A stretch of DNA of 63,426 nucleotides, the filler included, from Choristocarpus tenellus KU-1152 (lineage: Eukaryota; Protista; Phaeophyceae): assembly GCA_964200185.2 (NCBI GenBank). It is 9 parts of 9 records of this genome, joined end to end, with 100 filler letters (N's around TTAATTAATTAA, not from the genome) between each part and the next. Parts side by side here need not be neighbours in the genome. Positions count along the whole stretch, not along the records: positions 39,109 to 43,636 come from CAXNAD020014135.1; positions 43,737 to 47,604 come from CAXNAD020017490.1; positions 47,705 to 56,965 come from CAXNAD020003832.1; 6 more parts are not named here. One strand, 5' to 3'. Of this stretch, positions 39,359 through 50,735 are shown piece by piece (position 1 is the stretch's first letter; each line of letters begins with the position of its first letter). The notes under the pieces are model-generated. The model saw only the letters and a list, made by a program, of their open reading frames with translations, was not told the origin of the DNA and did not search any database. The position numbers and the translations under genes are program-made.

Positions 39359-40934
39359 GTTTACTACAAGTAGTGATAAAGACAAACCGAGGATGGAGGG
39401 GCACGTGACTTTCGGTACGGTGGGGAAAATGTATTTTAATATATCGAAGAGAGTAAGCGAATGGGGACAACGTTCCTCAGACTCGCTGACAGAGTTATCA
39501 CACGCCGAAGCCGGATACGGGTCATCGCCATAGATCAGTTTCCGGTAAAGAAAAACCAAATCTTAGAAACCTCTCAATTCTCTGACAACTTCGCCTCCTC
39601 ATCGGAATCAGTTGGTTTGCCTTATTTGGGTAAAACAAAGCTGCAGACTGAACTATAGAAATGATTCTTTTGAGTACAGTCATACTCAACAGTATACATC
39701 GCTACAAATTTATAATGCAAAATTTATTATGCCCACAGAGACTTTGGGGGTTCACCTACACTCAAATATAATTGTTACGAAACCCTCCCAAACTCCGCCA
39801 TTCCAAATAACGTGAGCACTCCTCCAATCGTGTAGACTGGTACATGACTAAGACGAGTATGTTTATCCAGACTCCCTAACAAAGGTGGTTTGTGGTTGGC
39901 AAGAGAAGTGTAATTGTTCTTCTATGCTTTAGCGCACTACCTCGTACCTCCTTTGTGTCCAATACCGTATACAGAACAAGCTTACACACTGTGCACTCCC
40001 TGAAGTGGAATTTTCTTTCACAAGGAAATAGAGTTGGAGGGAGGTTGTGTTGGAGCTCCTTCTTAAGAGTAGTAGATCCTGATACCCTTGGAACGACTGC
40101 CGTAAGCCACCACCTCATCGCAGTGCCGAAAAAGAACACCTCTCACGACCCTCACACAACCGTCTCTGTACACAACTTGCCAAAAACAATACTGTTGAAA
40201 AGGATGGGCAACAACGTGGTCATACTCAGATTCCTTGTGAAACACAACAGCCTCTGTTTGTTTGATCTATAGAAGGTCACAATCTATCAATCACAGCCTT
40301 TACGTGGTGCCCAACTCTGGCGGGAGTCGAAATGCCTCTGTTATGGGGGAAGACAAAGTGGAGGCGTGTACCTGAGTAAAACCGTGGGAGATGTGCTAGG
40401 GGGAAAGGGATAACGAGAACATCTGTAACTATACAGGTGCGCCACCAGGAGGCAAGGGACAGGGGTAGATGTGCGGTCTGTACCTGTCGGAAAAGAAGAG
40501 GAAGAATGACGTAAGGTGTGTACGTGCTAGGAGGGATCTGTACGAAACCTTGACCTTCAGAGCTGCTTGGAATTCCTTAAGCTATTAGTCAATGCATCGT
40601 TGACCAGGGATCTGCCAGACAACAGAAAAAAAGTCACATCCTGGGCCAACCATCACTTCCACACTATTCCACAAGTAATTCCACTAAAGGTAGAGGGGAA
40701 GGGGTGTGGGTGTGTCTGACGTTAGGTACGAATATCCACCGATTTGCATCCTGCGATAGGTACTATTACAATAATATTTTACCCTCAATCACCCTTATCT
40801 ATTTCTTGCATGGTCATGCCGTACGATCGACCAAAAACCGCTCTTATTCCTATTAACTTCGTTGGATGGAGGCTCACAACCGCCCAAAATATACTCGTAT
40901 ACATACACATTTTAGTGTGTATGAAAAATGCACT

Positions 40935-41196
40935 GAGTCAAATGAATTGAAATGTAAGCAGGTTTGGACCCTTTTGCATTCCGAGCCATCTTTCTTACTC
41001 TGTGCAATACACTCTAATGCATTGCTTTATATGCACAATAGTATACGAAGAAAGAATAGTCCCCCTGTCCACTCAAAAAGGTGACACCAATAATTTGACA
41101 GTCTCTTTCTACAGTTAGTTGTACAAAATGACATCTATTTGACTGTCTAGCGATCCTTAAGACGCAACCCCAATTACCTCTTAGTTGATTTAACTC
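40935..41196 (+). mobile_element. MITE family C (GAGTCAAA termini)
   Basis: GAGTCAAATGAATTG ... GTTGATTTAACTC, flanks CACT/AACT; internal homology to 50479-50735 and about 47950-48142. Confidence 0.65.
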
Positions 41197-41724
41197 AACT
41201 GCCCTCAAGATATTAGGTATTTGAACCCGCTTTATTTTTATTCTTGACCACCTTCTCGGCGCCAGTGCAGAAGAGCAGCTGGAGGATCTGATTGTAGTTG
41301 AGGGGGATATCCCCTATCCCCCACATCATAGTACAAACGTTGCACAGCGAAACCAGAAAATTCTTCGTAATTATACTATTTTAAGGAAGAATCGTGCCAT
41401 TCATAGTTACCTATTAATGATCCCCATCACATCTAATTCCTTAACTACTCCTACCACGATAAATCAAGTACTACGTAAAAACTTTAACGGTACTGCTATT
41501 ATTATCCCAATAATTACAGGTTTTTATACAGTTTTTGAGGAAGGTGGTTTAATAGAGTTTAACAATTCACAGCTTCAAAAGCAGAAGAATCATCCTTTTA
41601 GAGAGAAGTAGTATTCCAACAAACCCTAGGGGAAAATATGATGTATTAGTAGGAAATTATGTACATTATATATTGAATAAGACAATAAAGATATTACTAA
41701 CAAAATGAACGAAGTACTTATGAT

Positions 41725-42100
41725 TCGTGGTGGAAAGTTTTGGGCGACTCGGTAACCAAGCGGAAGTTTTATGGATGAGCTAGCTACGCACACGGTAGGG
41801 GGGAGAGAGACAGGAGGCTATAGCAGGAAAGGGGAGGTCAAATCCCATCAACGCCAGATAGTCTCAGTCACAACGCAAGTCGCACTATCTCGACTTGTCA
41901 TCATGCGCTTTAAGCTGGACACACCAGGGAGATGAGCAAGGAGGGGCTTGTTAGATTATTGGGATACTTCCCTAGCTCCTCACCATGGGCCACAGGATTA
42001 AGCTAGGTTAGAGGCACAGGAAGGTAGTGGTCCAGCATAGCTAGCAGTAAAGTAGTAAAAAGATTATTGTCTTTCACATTCTACAATAAATAATATTAAA
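41725..42100 (+). mobile_element. 3' remnant of CRE-like non-LTR retrotransposon (restriction-like endonuclease tail)
   Basis: VVESFGRLGNQAE..DELATHTVGG..RQIVSVTTQVALSR (frameshifted). Confidence 0.75.
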
Positions 42101-42464
42101 AATAAGTATGTTGACACTAAGAAATATGCGAAGAAGCACTAAAATGATACATTACACGTATACTTCAAATAACGTACAAAACGTATATGTGCTCTGGATC
42201 TGCAGGTAGTCCTTGAACGTGTGTCAGTTGTTATTCAATATTGCTCTTCCACTAGCTCATGCCGGCATTTCTCTTTTCTCTGTGAAGAACACAACTAACC
42301 ACCGGCTGCTATAGCGGTGGACACCATAAGAATGTTCTTGAAAACGAGTAATTTGAGTACAAAACATGTCAATACATACATGCTGTTGTTTCTTTGAGCA
42401 ACCCAGCCTTAAAAAATTAACATAAAACCAAACAATTGTTCCACACAGACACTAACAAATGCAC

Positions 42465-43398
42465 TTAGTTCAAGCCCTTCATTCTCTTCATATGGTTGCG
42501 CTTCCACATTGGGAGCCCCATAAACGCCTCCCTAGACATCCCAAACAACTTTTCAAACTCGGTGTCTGCCAGGTGTATTTCCAATCGGGATACATCTACT
42601 GTACATTCGTTTGAGAGCCGTTCTCCCCCTCTTGCTTCTCCCACTGGACCTTCTCGAGCTACAATTTTTTTTAGCTTCTCGTAAGACAGCATCACTGCCA
42701 CCCCAGCCTCTACGGATGTATTTTTTCCCTCTTTGCCCACTTGATTAGTGACTGTCTTCTCGTTCGTTGTCTCTCTGGAGGATGACTGAATCTGGTGCTG
42801 TTTTGAAGAGGTCTCAGTGACTGGGACAAGGGCTTCCCTAAATTTTGTTGAGCTCATACTTTGCGCCTCAATGCTGGGAGATGGATTAGGGTCGCTACAC
42901 TTGACTCGCTCACTGCAGTTGCTATCCTCACTGCTACTGCTGTCAGCGCCCAGTGTGCCATTGAATTCTGCCTGCCGAGGGTACAAATTCGATTTCAAAG
43001 GGGTCCGTTACTGATGACAATGAATAGAACTTCACCGATGTTCCTTGAAGAGCGTATGTGTCAAGGTGGCTGTTGCTATAAATAAATTAATAAGCTGAAA
43101 AAGAAAAATTACATTTCCTCCAAAAGCATATTTATCTTACCGTAAAACAATAACATGTGGAAAGCGGAGTATGAGAAGCAATTGGAAATGAAGTACCCTA
43201 GAGGAAGGCTTTTCAAGTGTCACCTTTTTCATGTTGAGGAGAGCAGGAGCCGAAGGGTGACATTGCAAGGATTCCTTCCTTTCTTTTCGAGCAATGCTCC
43301 ATTTGGTGCACTGATTCTCTGCCAGGTCCTGCCTCAATCTGCGTATCTGTCGATCCTGTAGCTTAACTGTTGATGCCAGAGTTGCAATCTTGTCATCT
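42465..43398 (-). CDS. 3' exons of a protein with a coiled-coil segment and C-terminal villin headpiece (VHP) domain (partial)
   Basis: Last exon about 42971-42465 ends LSYEKL..VDVSRLEIHLADTEFEKLFGMSREAFMGLPMWKRNHMKRMKGLN*, matching the VHP consensus L-x-D-x-E-F-xx-xF-G-M-xxxx-F-xx-L-P-x-W-K. Upstream exon about 43398-43224 (DKIATLASTVKLQDRQIRRLRQDL) is in compatible phase. Confidence 0.8.
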
Positions 43399-44632
43399 CT
43401 TATCAACAGGCAGGAAGAGAGTACAGCGAAGTAGGCAATTGGGGTATGATTAGGGCAAGTCGCGAAAATATCCATCCTCAGGGGCGTGGTTGCTTGTAGT
43501 GCTCCGTAGCGCTCTGTAGTAATCATAGTGGACTAAAAAAGTGTGATGCAGGGGAGGGATTATATGTGGTATCAAAGTGTTATAATGGAGTTTGGAAGGC
43601 TCAAGTATCTGGGGGGGTGGCGGCTGTCCATTTGGGNNNNNNNNNNNNNNNNNNNNNNNNNNNNNNNNNNNNNNNNNNNNTTAATTAATTAANNNNNNNN
43701 NNNNNNNNNNNNNNNNNNNNNNNNNNNNNNNNNNNNCCTCTGTACAACAAGGGTCAACAGGGCAGGGCTCAAAACAATGCACACTCCAATTCATACCCAT
43801 CGTGTAACCCTACTACCTGGAAAACAAGGCAACACAAAGAGGTAGAAATCAGATGCCACAGCATCTGATTTCCCCTGTTGGTACAATCAAGTACACACTT
43901 GTGAGGTGGGTTCTGCATATTGGACTGGAGTTGAAAACCTGAACTGAAGGCCCAGTCAATACTTCAAAGCGGCAAGCGTGCCTGTAATACATGACTCATC
44001 TATTCTAGCTTGCATGCATTGCTCATGTACTTGTTACTGTGTTGGTTTGGGCTGTAGTTGCATAATGTGTGCATGCATAGGACTTTACACGACTGCCTCT
44101 CTGTCGCCTGTGTGTTTTTCTGTGACTGCACAGAAGTTGGAAGGGGGTGTGGAGCTTGATGTCTCACTTTGACTCCAGCAACCACTGTAGCCTCCAGCAA
44201 ACTTCTTCCCTATCTGAGAATCAATGTTGAGTCTATCTCTAGTCTACCTGGGCCCCCTGTACCTTTTCCAGCCATGCCATCCGCTCTACGTGCTCATTCA
44301 TTCCCCCTCTCCCATAGTCATTACCCACAGTAGTTCACAAGGTTCGAAAATAGAAGTATTCTTGGTAAGAACGCAAATCGAAATAGCAATACTCTCCACT
44401 AATAGGGCTGAGACAGGAATCTATGGGGAAGCCATTGAGTCAGGTCAGACTTTCAAATAAATAACAGGCGCAAGCTAGGGCCCAACAGACGTTTGCTGAG
44501 GTGGACAAAGGCTTTCTTCACATCTCAGATGAGTGTTGAGCCTAGAAAACTTCAAAACACTAAAAAAAAGCTTAGTGCAAACAAACCGCTTGTTGGAGAA
44601 GTACATTTTATCTTGACCGATCACAGTCGTTA

Positions 44633-44707
44633 AGCAGGAGACTTTACTCTCTAGCAGCAGGAGACTTTACTCTCTAGCAGCAGGAGACTTTACTCTCTAG
44701 CAGCAGG
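44633..44707. repeat. 23-bp perfect tandem repeat, about 3.3 copies
   Basis: AGCAGGAGACTTTACTCTCTAGC repeated. Confidence 0.9.
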
Positions 44708-44754
44708 CACACACTTTGTCCTCTACCTCCCATTTCCCATGCTCGCCTCCTCAC

Positions 44755-45167
44755 CTCGGGTAATGTTTCGGCTTTCATCACAGACATGTATGGTGACCAT
44801 ATCCCCTGAGCCCTCACTTCTGCAGCATGGGTCGCTGCCCTCAATTACTGTTGGGGTGTCCTCCTGGTCTCTACCTGACCCTGGATCATGCCTTGACCCT
44901 GAACTGAATCCCGACCTCAACGCCGTGCCTGAGCCTAATGGTATCCTCTCCCCTCGTCCAAATGCCTGTCCAGGTCCTTGTGCACCATCCCCAGCTGTGT
45001 CTTCTGCCCCAGGCACACTATCCACGACCGCCTTCCGACAGCTAGATCCTATTACAGAGTTCCTGAGTTGCAACTGCGCTCGAGTTTGCATCTGTGCTCT
45101 TCCACGATTGACTGGCTTGCTTGCCAGGAGGTGCTTTGCCAGGATACCACCTCCTGGAGTAGGTTGC
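44755..45167 (-). CDS. Internal exon of a probable SANBR/KIAA1841 (DUF3342)-like protein
   Basis: Exon bounded by TAG and GTGAGG ends MVTIHVCDESRNITR, resembling the IHVCDE..N...DF start of the KIAA1841 BTB-like domain. The following exon was not located. Confidence 0.5.
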
Positions 45168-46266
45168 CTAAATCAGGTGAGGCAGAGGAGTGGAGACAGA
45201 GACGGGAGGATTGGGGAGCGATGCTGGAAAGGCTTGAGGACTTCGCGTAACCTTGTGTACACCAAACTTGAATCCGTTTCGGCCATCACAAACAGAAAAT
45301 ATCGCACAGGTAGCACCAACTCAGACCGTTCCTTTATTTTTCAAGTATGGCCAAAGATGTCATCGCAATTGCCACATCACCATATCATCCCTTGTCTCCA
45401 CACTGTTCAACTCCCTGACCCTTAACTGACAAGCTTTTTTTTGCAAGACACTATTCAAGTTGGGCAGTTCGTTATTTGAAGTGGAATATTTTCGGAGTAA
45501 GAGATATCGAATGTTGACTAAAGACTGAGAGAACTGGTGCCTGAGGCGTACTAGCAACACAAAAACTCGTCTCACACGAACACCACTATACTACACGCTA
45601 ACGCTCAAAAGAAGCAAACATCATTTCCCCTCTAAGAACAAGTGAAGGGTGCTCCATTCCTGAAATAGTACCATACCTTCCACCGACATGACCCGTCCCC
45701 CGGATGGACAAGCAGTTTCCTTCGGTCCTGGGGAAAGTGAAAGGGGGGCGTAGATGTCAACTGACGTTGTTAATGAGTCGAAATGTCCCCGACTCGAGTC
45801 TTCTCAAGATGAGGTATGGGTCTCAAGCATGCACTATTACGAAGTATATTTGGAAATTGAACAGATTTGAACCTCAGCATGAACATACTCGAGATGGAAA
45901 CTGCCTCGAACTCAATTTTGGTTTGTCTACATTTGAAAACGATGCCAAAAACATAGTTGGAACCTAGTGGAATCGAGTAAGGACTTGTGGATATCAACAA
46001 TCACTAATGGTGGTGACAAATGACGCACCCAAATGCCACAGCACGACTCATGCAACCTCGTTCACTGTGAACAACAGTTCGAGACAGTATGGACTTAGGG
46101 TCGAATTGAGGTTGACCTTCGTTATAAAACCGACAACAACTGAGTATCGATTCGGTTAGAGGGAATTAATCATAAAATTTTATGTGAAGTGTTGTCGAAA
46201 CTCAGTGGTTAATGGATGCTGTTTCCTGATTGAACCTCATCAACACAAACTGCAATTTCATGCGAA

Positions 46267-46360
46267 TGTCAGGTACAGGTTCCTTTTGGGGATCTCCGAC
46301 ACACACAATGGTGGATAAGACGCGCGATCATATGCATTTGCGCGCACCAACCAGTTCATG
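46267..46360 (+). repeat. Gypsy LTR-related sequence (possible start of a solo LTR)
   Basis: About 95 bp similar to 6123-6220 (TGTCAGG..GGATCTCCGACACACAC..ATAAGACGCGCG..TTGCGCGC). End and TSD not identified. Confidence 0.7.
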
Positions 46361-46749
46361 AAGACCAATCACACCCCTAAGATCCGGATTTGACCAAGCA
46401 GCAAAAAGGACTGTCAAAACGAAGATCCATTCCGATTCAGACCCATCTATTTCTCTGCTGAGACGTTGCTCAGTCATTCTGGGACATTTGTTGTGCTTTC
46501 AGGTTTTTGTTCGGTTCTGGATTTCCTCAACTGACTTACTTTGAGATTTTGGGCGAAGACCTGTGAAACTCAGTCTCACCCTCTGAGGTGGAAGAGTTCA
46601 ATCTAGTGATTGCGATTACCCCCTTGTGCAGAGAGCTTTGGCGTCTTGACACTTACTTCCACACGAATCTCGTTTAGATTTTCCATCATGCAAAGTTCAT
46701 GCGACAAGTATCACCGACTGTGCATCTACCTGTAGTACTCTACTGCATA

Positions 46750-47205
46750 CATTACTAACCCTCTGACATTTTGAAGATGTGATAGGGGAAAAACCAATGA
46801 AAAGTCAATTCAATACAAGAAACTCTGAGACAGCAATAGTTGTAAGTGTAAAAGACATTTTCCTACCATCTACATACTATTCTATTACCAACTATGCTAC
46901 ACCACTCCCCTCCTATGCCTCCAACCTAGCTTAGCCCTACACAACTGGGCGAAGAGCTAGGGAAGCATCCCAGAATCTGAAAGGCCCCTCCTTGCCCATC
47001 TCCCTGGTATCTCCAGGTTAAAACATGTTCCACGTCCTGACAGAGCCACATGTGTTACGACGGACACTATCTGTCGTAAACGGGATTTGACAGGTCTTTT
47101 CCTGCTGTAGCTTCCCACCCTTCTCCCCCCTACCGTGTGCGTAGCCAACTCATCCAGAAACCTTTCTGCTTGCTTACCGAGCCGCCAAAAACTTTCCACC
47201 GCGAA
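46750..47205 (-). mobile_element. 3' remnant of CRE-like non-LTR retrotransposon
   Basis: AVESFWRLGKQAERFLDELA..RLRQIVSV resembles the C-terminal restriction-like endonuclease region of CRE/R2-group elements; 3' stem-loop at about 46757-46788. Confidence 0.78.
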
Positions 47206-48570
47206 GGTATTGAGGCTTAAACTACTCTACTACATATCTACCTGCTACAATACCACAAAAACGGTAGACCAAGAGCAATATGGCAAGGCTTCACTAGTGA
47301 GCAACGCTAAGGGAGGTCCACCACAATATTTGAAGGAGGAGGCGGAGGTGGGATGGCTGAACCCAATGGGTCAGAAGCAGTCACGAACAGATGCAATTTA
47401 ATTAGTCGTAGTGCAACGGTTAGTTGCAGGTGTTGTTGGTTGATTAATTGATTTTGATTGATGACGAACATTAGTAAGATGACGTGTGTTATAGTGATGC
47501 TTATAACATTGTACAGATACAGCACGAAAGATAAGATATCTAAACACCATTCTGTGGAAAGCATGTTTGTCTGTTATTATACCGTTATTGCCGTATGCCA
47601 TATANNNNNNNNNNNNNNNNNNNNNNNNNNNNNNNNNNNNNNNNNNNNTTAATTAATTAANNNNNNNNNNNNNNNNNNNNNNNNNNNNNNNNNNNNNNNN
47701 NNNNTGTATTGAGAGCCGAGTACGCATTTTTGTTGTGGCGGATGTTAATAACTACCTTCTGCAATGGCGGCGACCACATTTTCATTGTGCGTTCATTTTC
47801 TTCTCACCTGTCCTGACCACTCTGCAGGACATGCTTACCATATATATCGACAAGGTATGACATATCACAACTTCAAACTTTGACTTTGCACAGAAAAACT
47901 TAGAACTTGTGCCAAATATAAGTGCGGTGTAAACTCTACAAAAAATATTCTTTTGCATTTTAAGCCATCTTTCTTACTCAGTGCACAACTGTGTATGCAA
48001 AATTGATATTCCCTATTTCCACACACAAAGCGACACCACAATTATGGAAGGGCTTTTTTTGCAATTGTACAGAATGTTGTCTTCTTGCCCTTTCTTGGGA
48101 TCCTTAAAATGCAACCCTGCCTGCCTCTCAATTAGTTTCGCCCAGAAGGGACAACAATTGTATTCATTTCATGTCTATAAATGTGGTTGTGGAGGAAAGA
48201 TATGGATTTTAAAGAGGAGATCTCCAGATGTTGATACTGACCTTGTCTACCATCGTTAATATTCTTGTGATTCAGGTGCAAACGCACACCTTACCCCCAC
48301 CTTGGCAACCTGACATCTTCAACATCGGTCAATCAGTTACGCATTTCTAGCACCATGGAGAAAGTTGTAGTCGAGAAAATAGGAGCCTTGGTGTTGACTG
48401 CTGATGGAGCTGGTGGTGGTCTTGAACAGGTTATTCCGGGTGACTTAGTATTTTGTCGGTGCCATGGCTGCCCTGCCATTACCTGAGTATGGGTGCTCTA
48501 TGGTGTGATGGATAATTTGAGGACTCTGGGACAAGGAAGAGCTTCATGAATTGAAACATGCTCCCAGGGT

Positions 48571-49000
48571 GAACTTTGGGAAGATTTGGGCTTTAAGGAC
48601 ACTTCTCGGAGTTATTGGGACCGAGCAGCCAACACCACTCCATGGTGAATACCACCGACGCAAATAAGTGCCATAAACCGACCCTGAATGACTGGGTCAA
48701 GATGTTGGGTCACACCAACCCTTCTCCCATCAACTATCTGGAGAAATAAGGACTTCTGAATGAGCATAATGAGATTCTATGGTGGCTTCCTAAGGCGAAC
48801 TTTGTGAAGATTTGGGCTTTAAGGACACTTTTCGGAGTTATTGGGACCAAGCAGCCAACACCACTCCATGGTGAATACCACTGACGCCAATAAGTGCCAT
48901 AAACCGACCCTGAATGACTAGGTCAAGATGTTGGGTCACACCAACTATCTGGAGAAATAAGGACTTCTGAATGAACATAATGGGGTTCTATGGTGGCTTC
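48571..49000. repeat. Tandem duplication of about 226 bp (2 copies)
   Basis: 48571-48790 and 48797-49000 are near identical; the second copy lacks about 14 bp between CAAC microhomologies. Confidence 0.9.
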
Positions 49001-50420
49001 AGAGATATGCTGCCCCACAAGCAAAGAGCGTTAAGTCTGTGGCACTGAGGTATGCTAGGTAGGTGGTTGCTGCAAGAAGGTGATTAGTGAGTGGTACTAT
49101 ACACAAATTTGGTAGGGCATTCAATCCTGAATGTGAAAGGGATGGACAAATTTCAAATATCCGCTGATGAGACCAATAAAGATAAAGTTCCAGGGCATTT
49201 TAGCCTGGGTATGAAAGAGTATAAAATCCTTTGACACATTCTTTGACAAGGACTGGGTAGTGAGTATGGTTCTTTGTGTGGCTGACTCTACTTTCAAGTT
49301 TAGTAGGATATCCCATTACGCATGAAAATTGTATAGAGGTGTGGAGCAGCATCAACACATTGAAATTCTCTTCACCATATGTGTCGATGACGCTTCATTA
49401 ACTGGGGTTTTGAGGGAGATCAGGAGGATAAAGAGCATTTTACTGCAAAAATGCAAGTGACAGGACATGGGGAGGCAAAACAACCTAGTTTGAGAGGGCA
49501 TGAAATTGGATGATCCAGGCCATTACTCTGGACCAGAAGCTTAACATTGAGAAATATGTCATGGAAGGAACGAAGTTGATGGAGGTAAAGCAAGCAATAT
49601 TTATCACCATGAACCTCTCCCCCAGGTAAAATGGAGGAACTCGATAAGGTAAGGTAAGGTATGCTTACTCCTACATTAAGGAAAAAACAATGTTTCACAT
49701 CAGGATCACCCGCCCAAGATCTTTCAGTGTACGCGAATGCAATGCTGCATTGACCAGTAGTATGCACCATTTTTGAGTACAACAGCTGTGCCAGAGTGTA
49801 TTTTCCCACCAATATCAGACATCAGCATGCATTAAGTGCAAGAAAGAACAGGTGTGCAAACACTGTTGATTATGGAGACTTGGACTCTGCAATTGATGCA
49901 GAATCACGAACGAACATCACTAGATACTTCTCTTCAACAGAAGAACTATCTTTTGTTATGTTCTAAACACCAAGGGGTGGTGACTTTTCAAGCTCAGAAA
50001 CAGAGAGGGAAGATGTCAATCTACAGTACAGTGCGAAACTGTGGTACATGGACAACTTTGGGGGCATTGCAGGCAGCATCTATCCAAAGCTTCAACAGCC
50101 ATGCAAAACATATGGGTATGAAGGATAACAGTATGTTAATTGTTCGTGCTAGAAACGAGACAACTGGCTGATATCCCCTGATTCTCATTTTTCGCTTTTG
50201 ACGGCTGTGTTCTTTCATTAAGGAGGTGATTGTGTCGATACTCGGGGTGCACTTCATGGGAAAATATGCCAGATGGCATGTGGGAGAAAGTGTGTCAGAA
50301 GGTATTCAGGGTATATTTTTAATGGTTGTGTACAGAGTGACAAGATCTGACAAGTGGCACACTATTGGAATATATTGTGAAGAGTACAGCGCAAAGGATT
50401 GTTGGCAATATTTCTAGATG
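49000..50420 (+). mobile_element. Highly decayed Ty1/copia RT-RNase H relic
   Basis: LFTICVDD..LTG (YVDD-like), YGDLDSAIDAESRTNITRYF, SKHQGVVT(F/S)SSSETE, KDN; order matches copia RT then RNase H (DxDxA, SKxQxxVAxSSxEAE, EDN). Confidence 0.6.
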
Positions 50421-50478
50421 TTCCTGAAATAATTGGATTATTGTTATAACTAAAATGCAAGGACAGCTTTGTTGATGG

Positions 50479-50735
50479 GTGTCAAACCAATTGAGAGGTA
50501 GGCAGTTTTGGACCCTTTTGCATTCTTAGCCATCTTCCTTACTCCGTGAAATGCACTAGATTTCTTTTCCTTATGTGAACAATAGCTTGTGCAAAATTGA
50601 TATTCCCCTTTTCCACACATGAAGTGCATCACAATGTAGCAAAGGCTCTTTCTGCAATTGAACAAAGAGGCATCTTTTGCCCTTTCTCCAGATCCTTAAA
50701 ATTCAACCCTGCCTACCTCTCAATTGGTTTGACTC
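50479..50735 (+). mobile_element. MITE family C
   Basis: Perfect inverted repeat TCAAACCAATTGAGAGGTAGGCAG / CTGCCTACCTCTCAATTGGTTTGA, ending GACTC. Confidence 0.75.

Noticed and set aside
44633-44707. 23-bp repeats, and the 31-bp repeats at 7578, as a possible CRISPR array
   Set aside because: Head-to-tail with no spacers, no cas genes, eukaryotic context.
44739-45425. 228-aa plus-strand ORF
   Set aside because: Antisense shadow of the minus-strand SANBR-like exon; no recognisable motif.
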